From Candidatus Cryptobacteroides sp. (GTDB taxonomy: Bacteria; Bacteroidota; Bacteroidia; Bacteroidales; UBA932), in contig JAZRWN010000113.1 in assembly GCA_045599725.1 (NCBI GenBank), positions 1,966 to 65,965 of the forward strand: DNA of 64,000 nt, written 5' to 3'. Positions 20,905 to 28,325 of this stretch are shown one piece after another. The translations under genes and the position numbers were made by a program. Each line of letters begins with the position of its first letter. Within the stretch, counting starts at the first letter, position 1. Under the pieces are notes generated by a model that saw only the letters and a program-made list of their open reading frames with translations, did not search any database and was not told the DNA's origin.

Positions 20905-21441
20905 ATGAAGACTACATCTATTCTTATAGCCGGATTCGGCGGTCAGGGAACTCTTTTCGCCGGCAAGGTGCTTGCCCAGGCAAGTCTTTTCAAAGGACTG
21001 GAGGTCACATGGCTTCCTTCATATGGCCCTGAGATGCGTGGAGGTACCGCGAACTGTGGTGTCATCATCAGCGAAGATGCCATCGGTTCCCCTATCGTCA
21101 ACCATCCAGATGTCCTCATCGCTCTCAACAAGCCATCTTTCGAGAAATACGAGAAGATGACCCAGCCGGGAGGATATATCTTCGTGGATTCTTCTCTCGT
21201 CGATTCCAAGAGCGACCGTGACGATATCAAGGTTTTCTATGTCCCTGCAACTGAACTTGCCCAGGCTGAAGGTAACGGAAGCCTTTCCAACATCGTGCTG
21301 GTCGGCAAGGCTCTCAAGGAGACCGGTCTTTTCACAGAGGAGGAGATATTCGCTGTGCTGGACAAGATCATACCTGAAAAGAAGATCGCCCTCAGGGAGC
21401 TGAACAAGAAGGTGCTCCACAGCGGCGCTGCAGCAGAATAA
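20905..21441 (+). CDS. 2-oxoacid:ferredoxin oxidoreductase gamma subunit
   Basis: IAGFGGQG, PSYGPEMRGGTANC. Confidence 0.93.
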   Translation: MKTTSILIAGFGGQGTLFAGKVLAQASLFKGLEVTWLPSYGPEMRGGTANCGVIISEDAIGSPIVNHPDVLIALNKPSFEKYEKMTQPGGYIFVDSSLVDSKSDRDDIKVFYVPATELAQAEGNGSLSNIVLVGKALKETGLFTEEEIFAVLDKIIPEKKIALRELNKKVLHSGAAAE

Positions 21442-21460
21442 TATTTCGAATAATAGCTTG

Positions 21461-21497
21461 AATCCCCGGGAACTGTGTGGTTCGCGGGGATTTCTTC
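21461..21497 (+). terminator. Intrinsic terminator of the acyl-CoA synthetase-vor operon
   Basis: AATCCCCGGGAAC / GTTCGCGGGGATT stem (one mismatch) with T-rich tail. Confidence 0.7.
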
Positions 21498-21545
21498 ATA
21501 TATTGAGTCTTCGCCGGGTGATTCCGTGTGCGCTGAGGTGCGTTT

Positions 21546-21598
21546 TCGCCCCTGGCTTGACCCGGAATCTGGGATCCTGAGTCAAGCTCAGGATGACG
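21546..21598. repeat. Inverted REP-like doublet (CGTC-tagged type)
   Basis: Minus strand reads CGTCATCCTGAGCTTGACTCAGGATC; a degenerate inverted copy TCGCCCCTGGCTTGACCCGGAATC lies at 21546-21569. Confidence 0.65.
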
Positions 21599-21694
21599 TT
21601 TTTCCTTTCGGCCTGTTCCGTGTGCGTAGATAATTATTGGAAGGGTGGCGGGATTTGTCCGGCTGGAGCCGGCCACATCCCGGGTTCTCCGAGA

Positions 21695-21793
21695 GCAATC
21701 AACATCCGGATGAGGCCGATGGCCTCAAATTATGTGTATGTGCACATACACATAAATGCCGCACTTTCGTGCGGCATCCGGATTATTGATTGC
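21695..21793. other. Four-way-junction structured element 3' of tRNA-Ser
   Basis: Outer stem 21695-21709/21778-21793 enclosing hairpins 21711-21727, 21730-21755 and 21756-21777. Confidence 0.65.
21753..21777 (-). terminator. Probable tRNA-Ser terminator
   Basis: Minus strand ATGCCGCAC-GAAA-GTGCGGCAT followed by a short T tract. Confidence 0.55.
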
Positions 21794-21799
21794 ATTGCG

Positions 21800-21887
21800 C
21801 GGAGAGATCGGGATTCGAACCCGAGATACCCTTTTGGAGTATACACGCTTTCCAGGCGTGCCTCTTAAGCCACTCGAGCATCTCTCC
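21800..21887 (-). tRNA. tRNA-Ser(GGA), CCA end not encoded
   Basis: Minus strand GGAGAGATGCTCGAGTGGCTTAAGAGG-CACGC-CTGGAAA-GCGTG, long variable arm, GGTTCGAATCC, TCTCTCCG; promoter TATATTTG on minus at 21904-21911. Confidence 0.97.
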
Positions 21888-21937
21888 TTTGAGGTTACGG
21901 GTGCAAATATAATCAAAAATATATTAACTTTGTATTT

Positions 21938-22348
21938 ATGGAGATGATTTATGATCCGCTGAGACGGAAGGATGTGCCCTTGACTCCGGAGGAGAAGGTG
22001 AGGCAGTGGTTCATCGACCTGCTGCACACTTCCGCCGGAGTTCCGAACCATCAGATGATGAGCGAGGTGGCGCTTCAGTACGGATCAGGCAAGAACTGGA
22101 GGGCGGACATCGTCATTTACGGTCACGGGGGCGTCCCGATGGGGATAGTTGAGTGCAAGAGGCCTGACGTGGAACTCACGAAAGAGGTCCTCGAGCAGGC
22201 TCTCCGCTACAATGCTGTCCTGAATGTCCCTTACCTTTTTCTCACCAACGGTCATCTCACTTATATCTGCCGCCGGAGCGGAAGCGGGTATGAGTTCCTG
22301 GACAAGGCTCCGGTCTATGAAGAAATGTTGAAAGAATGTCAACCATAA
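21938..22348 (+). CDS. Stand-alone type I restriction HsdR N-terminal-like (PD-(D/E)xK) domain protein
   Basis: LTPEEKVRQW, RADIVIY, IVECK, QALRYN, LTNG; TAACTTTG at 21925. Confidence 0.85.
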   Translation: MEMIYDPLRRKDVPLTPEEKVRQWFIDLLHTSAGVPNHQMMSEVALQYGSGKNWRADIVIYGHGGVPMGIVECKRPDVELTKEVLEQALRYNAVLNVPYLFLTNGHLTYICRRSGSGYEFLDKAPVYEEMLKECQP

Positions 22349-23850
22349 CCACAGGGTTTCTTGACAGGCCCATTTTCAAGATAGTGTCGGAAGTGGCAGA
22401 AGAGACGGGGGTCAGAGCCTTTGTCATCGGCGGATATGTCCGCGACTGTTTCCTCGGGCGGCCATGCAACGACATCGACATAGTCGTTGAAGGCAGCGGT
22501 ATCGACTTCTCGTCTGCTGTCGGGCAGAAAACAGGCAAGACAGTCTCGTATTTCAAGAACTTCGGGACTGCGATGCTCCGTTTCCATGGGGATGAAGTCG
22601 AATTTGTCGGTGCGAGGAAGGAGTCCTACCGCCGCGAGTCGCGCAAGCCTATTGTAGAGAACGGAACGCTCGAAGACGACCAGCTCCGCCGCGATTTCAC
22701 CATAAATGCGATGGCTTTCAGCCTGCAGAAGGACAGTTTCGGCGAGTTGGTGGACCCGTTCGGTGGCATCAAGGACCTTGCCGCAGGCATCATCAGAACA
22801 CCTCTCGAACCTGACACCACTTACTCCGACGACCCTCTGCGCATGCTCCGCGCCATCCGCTTCGCGACCAAGCTTTCCACTGAAGAACACCAGTTCACGA
22901 TAGTCCCCGAGTCCATCGAATCGATGAAGAGGATGGGGAGCAGGATGGAGATCCTTTCGAAGGAACGCATCGTCGAGGAACTGAACAAGATGCTTGTCAC
23001 CCCGAAACCGTCTATGGCTTTCCGGCTGATGGACGAGACAGGACTTCTCGAATATGTGTTGCCGCAGCTCTCGCTTCTGAAAGGAGTCGAGACCATCGAG
23101 GGACGCGGGCACAAGGAGAATTTCTCGCACACTCTCGCCGTGCTCGACAATGTTGCCGCAGCCGAGGTGGAGGCCATAAAGACAGGCACGCTCAAGGACT
23201 TCACTCCCGAACTGGACGGTGACGGATTCGTGGAGTCTGTGCGCACTGAACCGAATGTCTGGCTGCGCTGGGCCGCTCTCATTCATGACATAGGCAAGCC
23301 TGCCACCAAGAAGTTCGAACCTCAGACTGGTTGGACTTTCCATGGCCACGAGGTCGTGGGCGCGAAGATGGTTCCGAAACTCTTCAAGGGACTGATGATG
23401 CCGCTGAACGAGAAGATGAAATACGTCCAGAAACTTGTCAGGCTGCATCTGAGACCTATCGCGCTCGTGGATGACGGAGTGACGGATTCTGCCGTACGCA
23501 GGCTTATTTTCGATGCCGGCAACGACATTGATGACCTGATGTTGCTCTGCAATGCCGACATCACTTCCAAGAACCCTGTGAAAGTTGCGAGAATCAAGCA
23601 GAATTTCGAGCAGGTGAAGCAGAAGATGGTGGAGGTCGAGGCGAAGGACAGCATCCGCAACTTCAAGAATCCTATTACAGGCGAATATGTGATGGAGTTG
23701 TTCGGTATCCCTCCATGCCGCGAGATAGGCGAGCTGAAGGAATATGTGAAAGAGGCCATCCTTGATGGAATAATCGACAATGACTTCGAGGCTGCGGACA
23801 AGCTCATGCGCGAGAAAGCCTCGGAGATGGGACTTGCCCCCTGCAGATGA
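22336..23850 (+). CDS. cca: CCA-adding tRNA nucleotidyltransferase with HD domain
   Basis: IGGYVRD, DIDI, RRDFTINA, DDPLRMLRAIRF, SKERIVEEL, HDIGKP, FHGHE. Confidence 0.92.
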   Translation: MSTITTGFLDRPIFKIVSEVAEETGVRAFVIGGYVRDCFLGRPCNDIDIVVEGSGIDFSSAVGQKTGKTVSYFKNFGTAMLRFHGDEVEFVGARKESYRRESRKPIVENGTLEDDQLRRDFTINAMAFSLQKDSFGELVDPFGGIKDLAAGIIRTPLEPDTTYSDDPLRMLRAIRFATKLSTEEHQFTIVPESIESMKRMGSRMEILSKERIVEELNKMLVTPKPSMAFRLMDETGLLEYVLPQLSLLKGVETIEGRGHKENFSHTLAVLDNVAAAEVEAIKTGTLKDFTPELDGDGFVESVRTEPNVWLRWAALIHDIGKPATKKFEPQTGWTFHGHEVVGAKMVPKLFKGLMMPLNEKMKYVQKLVRLHLRPIALVDDGVTDSAVRRLIFDAGNDIDDLMLLCNADITSKNPVKVARIKQNFEQVKQKMVEVEAKDSIRNFKNPITGEYVMELFGIPPCREIGELKEYVKEAILDGIIDNDFEAADKLMREKASEMGLAPCR

Positions 23851-24830
23851 ACCCACTTGTTGAAAACTATATTCAGTATGTCGCCTCCGTCCGCAGATAT
23901 TCCCAGCGGACGGTGAGTATCTATTCCGATGTGCTGGAGGAGTTTACGGAGTTCTCTCTTGTGCAGTCAGGAGGTGACGAGGACATCACGGCATTCCTGA
24001 CCCCTTCTTTCATAAGGAGCTACGAGGTTCATCTTCTGGATGAGAGGGGACTTGACGCAAGGACCGCCAACCAGCACCTCTCCGTTCTCAGCGGCTTCTG
24101 CCGTTATCTTATGAAGCAGGGGCGGCTCAGCGCCAATCCTGTCCGGCTGGTCACCCGCCCGAAGGTCTCGAAGCGCCTCCCCGATTTCTATCGCGATGAA
24201 AGCATGGAGGATTACTTTGCTCGCACCGAGCACTCAGTTTCCGTAGACGAACTTGAGATATTGAAGTCTTTCGGCTCTGATGCCCGTGGCGACAAAGCCG
24301 CCCGGGCAATGTACGAGCGTCGTCTCAGACGCCTGATAGTGTCTCTTCTCCATGCCACCGGCATACGTCGTGCGGAACTGGTCTCGCTTGACTTCGGCAG
24401 CGTGGACATGAGCAGGGGAGTGATGAAGGTCACGGGAAAAGGGGACAAGCCAAGAGTCGTCCCACTGATGCCTTCTGTCCGGGCTGAGTTGTCGCTCTAT
24501 GAAGAAGCCGCGGAGTTCTTCTTTGGTGAGCCTTTCCGCCCTGACACCCCGCTTCTTCTGACCGCATCCGGTCACCGCATCTATCCTGTCTTTGTGGACA
24601 GGACGATAAAGGAGGAACTTGGAGGGGTCCCTGGAGTCACGGGAAGGAAGTCGCCTCACGTGCTGAGACATACACTTGCCACTGAACTTCTCAACGATGG
24701 CGCTGACCTGAATTCCATAAAGGAACTGCTCGGCCATTCGTCACTTGCCGCCACCCAGGTATATACTCACAACTCTGTCGAGAAACTCAAGAAAGTCTAT
24801 GCCGAGGCTCATCCGAGAGCTAAAAAATAA
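23847..24830 (+). CDS. xerC: Tyrosine recombinase XerC-like
   Basis: TGIRRAE (R), GKGDK (K), HVLRH (HxxR), LLGH, TQVY (Y), AHPRA; hpf immediately downstream as in Bacteroidetes core synteny. Confidence 0.88.
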   Translation: MNPLVENYIQYVASVRRYSQRTVSIYSDVLEEFTEFSLVQSGGDEDITAFLTPSFIRSYEVHLLDERGLDARTANQHLSVLSGFCRYLMKQGRLSANPVRLVTRPKVSKRLPDFYRDESMEDYFARTEHSVSVDELEILKSFGSDARGDKAARAMYERRLRRLIVSLLHATGIRRAELVSLDFGSVDMSRGVMKVTGKGDKPRVVPLMPSVRAELSLYEEAAEFFFGEPFRPDTPLLLTASGHRIYPVFVDRTIKEELGGVPGVTGRKSPHVLRHTLATELLNDGADLNSIKELLGHSSLAATQVYTHNSVEKLKKVYAEAHPRAKK

Positions 24831-24926
24831 AGAAGTGCGGCACTTGCTATTTCAGCACAATTATTGTATATTTACCAATGTTATCGTTTATTAACCGCCC
24901 CTTACGGGGATAAAACGGAGGTAAAT

Positions 24927-25217
24927 ATGGAGATAAAGATCAAATCCCTTAAATTCGACGCTGACCAGAAGCTGGTCGCTTTCGTTGAAAAGAAAGTTTC
25001 CAAACTTGAGAAATTCTATGAAGGAGTGGAGACCGTTGATGTGATTCTGTCATTGCTTCCTGATCCAGAGAACAAGAACGCCAAGATACAGATTCATGTT
25101 CCGGGCCAGGATCTCGTGATCGAGAAGAATGCCAAGACGTTCGAGGACGCTGTCACAGAGTGCGCTGATGCGATGAAGGAGAAACTTACAAGATTCAAGG
25201 AGAAACTTTATCAGTAG
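24927..25217 (+). CDS. hpf: Ribosome hibernation promoting factor / RaiA
   Basis: MEIKIKSLKFDADQKLVAFVEKKVSKLEKF...FEDAV; ATG 24927 preceded by GGAGGT. Confidence 0.9.
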   Translation: MEIKIKSLKFDADQKLVAFVEKKVSKLEKFYEGVETVDVILSLLPDPENKNAKIQIHVPGQDLVIEKNAKTFEDAVTECADAMKEKLTRFKEKLYQ

Positions 25218-25242
25218 TCATAATAACATATCCGATATTTCT

Positions 25243-25265
25243 GGCCGCCCTTCGGGACGGCCTTT
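25243..25265 (+). terminator. Terminator between convergent hpf and phosphatase gene
   Basis: GGCCG-CCC-TTC-GGG-A-CGGCC-TTT. Confidence 0.6.
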
Positions 25266-25268
25266 AAA

Positions 25269-26558
25269 CTATTCCTTCTCACAGAGTGAAAGGAAATGTG
25301 AGCGGAGGACTGACCAGTCGTAGTATGGCCCTGAAACTGCAGGCACCCCTGCAATGGTGCGTTCCTGTTCGTTGTAGAGCATCTTTACGAGGATGGTGTC
25401 AGTCTTTCTGCTTTTGTAGAATATCATCTGAAAGTTTGACCCCATAGGTATCATTTCTCCAGCACACCATACTTCATGGGCTTGATTCTGGGGCATTTTC
25501 TTGTCCATTCCGTCAAAAGCGAGCAGTGTGGCGAAAGGAAGGAGCTGTGTGTCGTGGGTGAACCTGAGGTCAGCGGCACGGTGGCTTTCCGAGGACAATG
25601 CGGCATCCGCCTTTTCAATAAAGTCTTTCAGCATCCTTCTGCCTTGCTCGGCTGTTTTGTCCCCGTACAGGAGTGAGTTCGCATTCTGCGCATAGAACCT
25701 GTCGCTGTGGTCCGCGGCCAGGACGAAGATTTCATCTTCAGTAAGATACCGGTATATGTTCACATTATATTCCATCTCCATGGTCTCAGCGAGTGAAGCA
25801 CAGTTGAACAGGTATTTCTCAAATTTATATGGGTCACAAAATTCTTTTGCCTGTGTAGTGGAGGTGAACAGTGAAGAGTACAGCCTTTCTGTGTCGAAAT
25901 GCTCGGCAAGGTAGGCACGGCTGTCTGGCTCCACAGTGGTCTGAAGGCTTCTGCCCTTGCTGTCCCAGTGCATCAGGTAACGCATATATTTGTCCCCCGT
26001 GTCCATGGTAATCTTCAGCGATGGCTTTTCCTTTGCAATCTGCAGGCAGAAATTGGACATAGACAACACGCATCTTTGTACAGTGCTTGACACTGCGTCC
26101 ACTTCGTCTCTCTTCTTCCCGGTGAAGACATCAGAAAACCTGTCCATCATCCTGGCGGATATCTGTCTATGCTCTTCGGCCCCGCGCTGAGTGAGCATCT
26201 CGTACATACCCTCGGAGTTGTCGTGAAGTGTCTTGATGTCGTTGAAAAGACTATTGCCCGTTGCAGTCAATATACCTGCCTCGGAAGCTTTGCCCAAAGT
26301 CTCCAAAACCACCTCGTACCCGTATCCTTCGTCGAGGTCATACCTGCTGCCGTGTCTCCCTGCGTGGGATACATAGAATGCCTTGTAACCTCTTGGAGCC
26401 GGGGTGTCATGCATGTCCCCATGTCTGTAGCTGTGATGAACTCCATTGATGAGAAATGGTTCATGTGTTATCCTTTCTCTCGTGAGCTGGGCGTCTGCCG
26501 GAATGTAGCAGGCGAAAAGGAGTGTGATGATGACTGTTTTCTTGATAATGTTCTTCAT
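25269..26558 (-). CDS. Exported histidine acid phosphatase (branch 2)
   Basis: Signal peptide; SHAGRHGSRY, LTQRG, SSTVQRC, RFTHDT. Confidence 0.88.
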   Translation of the reverse strand: MKNIIKKTVIITLLFACYIPADAQLTRERITHEPFLINGVHHSYRHGDMHDTPAPRGYKAFYVSHAGRHGSRYDLDEGYGYEVVLETLGKASEAGILTATGNSLFNDIKTLHDNSEGMYEMLTQRGAEEHRQISARMMDRFSDVFTGKKRDEVDAVSSTVQRCVLSMSNFCLQIAKEKPSLKITMDTGDKYMRYLMHWDSKGRSLQTTVEPDSRAYLAEHFDTERLYSSLFTSTTQAKEFCDPYKFEKYLFNCASLAETMEMEYNVNIYRYLTEDEIFVLAADHSDRFYAQNANSLLYGDKTAEQGRRMLKDFIEKADAALSSESHRAADLRFTHDTQLLPFATLLAFDGMDKKMPQNQAHEVWCAGEMIPMGSNFQMIFYKSRKTDTILVKMLYNEQERTIAGVPAVSGPYYDWSVLRSHFLSLCEKE

Positions 26559-26594
26559 ATCCGGTGTCATATCAGATAATTGGAAAATAATAGC

Positions 26595-26626
26595 AAAACC
26601 AGCGGGAAGTTGGAATCCCGCTGGTT
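26595..26626 (-). terminator. Terminator/attenuator hairpin between susD and the phosphatase gene
   Basis: AACCAGCGGGA-N8-TCCCGCTGGTT 11-bp perfect stem ending in TTTT on minus strand. Confidence 0.7.
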
Positions 26627-26666
26627 CCCCAACATTAATACCATGCCCGTTGATAGGGCTGCTTCA

Positions 26667-28319
26667 TTATTCAACGTTCCTGATAGGATTCTGGACCAGA
26701 TTTGGGTTGCTGTCAAGCGTTGAACTGTGGAATGGGAATATATTGTCATCAATATTCTCTACAGTCTTGACTGCCGGCTTGCAGAACCATGACTTTCCAT
26801 TATAAACATTCTGCCCGTTCTTGAGCTGGAAACGGATAAGGTCCTGACGACGGTGGCACTCACCCACGAATTCCCATGCGAGTTCGTCGAGGAGACCGCC
26901 GAGAATGATGTCGTCACCTCCTTCATCAGTCGTTATCCATTCATTGGCCACATCGTCCTTCTTGCCCTGGACATTGAGGTTGTAACGCATGCCATATTTG
27001 TAGCAGCTGCCACCTTTGAGCTGTTCAACTGTGACTGTGGCCTTCTCAGGGGCTGACTTGAAGTTACGGGCGCGAACCTGTGATACAAGTTCTGCAGCGA
27101 CATCCTCCTGCTCACCGAGACGGAGGAGGCACTCTGCCTTGATCATAAGTGCATCGGCATAACGGAAGATGACGAGGTCATCTGAGTATGTGCCGTTGGA
27201 TCCTGTTCCGATCTCATATTTTCTCATACGGGCTCCTTCGAATTCGTAAGCACCATCGATGCTGCCGAACTCCACTGTATAGCAGCATCCCGGAATTTCC
27301 TTGCCCTGAGCATCCACCTGCTGTCCCCAGAACCAGGTGTCTGAGAGGCGGGTGTCATCCTCATCATAGGTCTCGATGAACTGAGAAAGAGCACCAGCTC
27401 CTGAAGTGGCCCAACTGTCGAATCCGTAAGTGGCTCGGTTGGAGTTCGCGAGCCAGAGGTTTGCAAAAGAAAGACCGTACTCGTATGGATATTGGAATGG
27501 GAAGGTGAGAATCTGCTCAGGACTTCCTGAGATGTCATCCTTGAAGTTGTCCGTATAGTTGGCGGCTAAAGAGTAGAGGCCTGAATTGATGACGGCATTG
27601 ACTTCTTCAAGAGCCAGTTTGTAGTAGCTCATGTCCTCAGCTTCGCCATATTTCTTGAACCACGCGTTGTAGTTCAGGTACATCTTGGCAAGAAGCATGT
27701 TCACGGTAGCATTGTTGACGACACCATATCCATTGTCATCCCCGCAGTTGCCGCGAAGTTCCTTGAGCTCGCCGATGATGAAGTCGAATGTTTCCTGTGG
27801 TTTGGCCTGGACAGGCATCCATCCGTCAGGATGGTCGTACTGGGTGTCCAGAGGAATGTTTCGCAGGAGATCGAAAAGGTTGTAGTACATAAGAGCGCGG
27901 AGGGCGCGAAGCTGATTGTAAGTCACCTGGTCAGCCTTAATCTGGTCGACTTCCATCATACGGTTGCATTCTGTAATGGCGGCGTATGAATCTGAATAGA
28001 AATCGCGTATGTGGCTGATCCCGTTGCTGAAGGTATGCTTGTGGAGAAGGATATAATATTTTCCCCAGCCGATACCGAGACGAGAAGGTACACACCACAG
28101 GTCTGTGGCCTCCTCTATGCCGGTGAGACCGTTCATCGCCGTGTATACTGAATGTACATTCTCGTAAACGGAAGCAAGCATGGCCTCAATGTCAGTGTCC
28201 TTGAATTCATAGGTCTCGGCAGCTATCTGGCTGTAGATAGTCTCGTCCAGATCAGTACAGCTGGCAGCAAGCGTGAGAGCGGCTGCAGCGGACATAATTA
28301 TATTTATGAACTTTTTCAT
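26667..28319 (-). CDS. RagB/SusD-family nutrient-binding lipoprotein
   Basis: Lipobox AASC; LRALMYYNL, LLAKMYLN, FRYADALMIKAEC, ELAWEFVGECHRRQDLIRF, NPNLVQNP. Confidence 0.94.
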   Translation of the reverse strand: MKKFINIIMSAAAALTLAASCTDLDETIYSQIAAETYEFKDTDIEAMLASVYENVHSVYTAMNGLTGIEEATDLWCVPSRLGIGWGKYYILLHKHTFSNGISHIRDFYSDSYAAITECNRMMEVDQIKADQVTYNQLRALRALMYYNLFDLLRNIPLDTQYDHPDGWMPVQAKPQETFDFIIGELKELRGNCGDDNGYGVVNNATVNMLLAKMYLNYNAWFKKYGEAEDMSYYKLALEEVNAVINSGLYSLAANYTDNFKDDISGSPEQILTFPFQYPYEYGLSFANLWLANSNRATYGFDSWATSGAGALSQFIETYDEDDTRLSDTWFWGQQVDAQGKEIPGCCYTVEFGSIDGAYEFEGARMRKYEIGTGSNGTYSDDLVIFRYADALMIKAECLLRLGEQEDVAAELVSQVRARNFKSAPEKATVTVEQLKGGSCYKYGMRYNLNVQGKKDDVANEWITTDEGGDDIILGGLLDELAWEFVGECHRRQDLIRFQLKNGQNVYNGKSWFCKPAVKTVENIDDNIFPFHSSTLDSNPNLVQNPIRNVE

Positions 28320-28325
28320 TTCGAA

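Noticed and set aside
21730-21755. Palindrome as a XerCD dif site
   Set aside because: dif has CATAA-N6-TTATG with asymmetric arms; here the order is TTATG...CATAA with no spacer
21442-21799. Possible CRISPR or mini-array in the structured spacer
   Set aside because: No regularly spaced repeats with unique spacers; no cas genes in the window
22339-23856. 505-aa antisense ORF covering cca
   Set aside because: Codon-register mirror of a well-supported gene; expected from host codon bias; no motifs
21800-24830. tRNA + restriction-like gene + tyrosine recombinase as an integrative or defence island
   Set aside because: The genes lie on the tRNA 5' side; no duplicated tRNA 3' end seen; xerC-hpf, cca and stand-alone HsdR_N genes are Bacteroidetes core; no HsdM/S; codon usage is host-like
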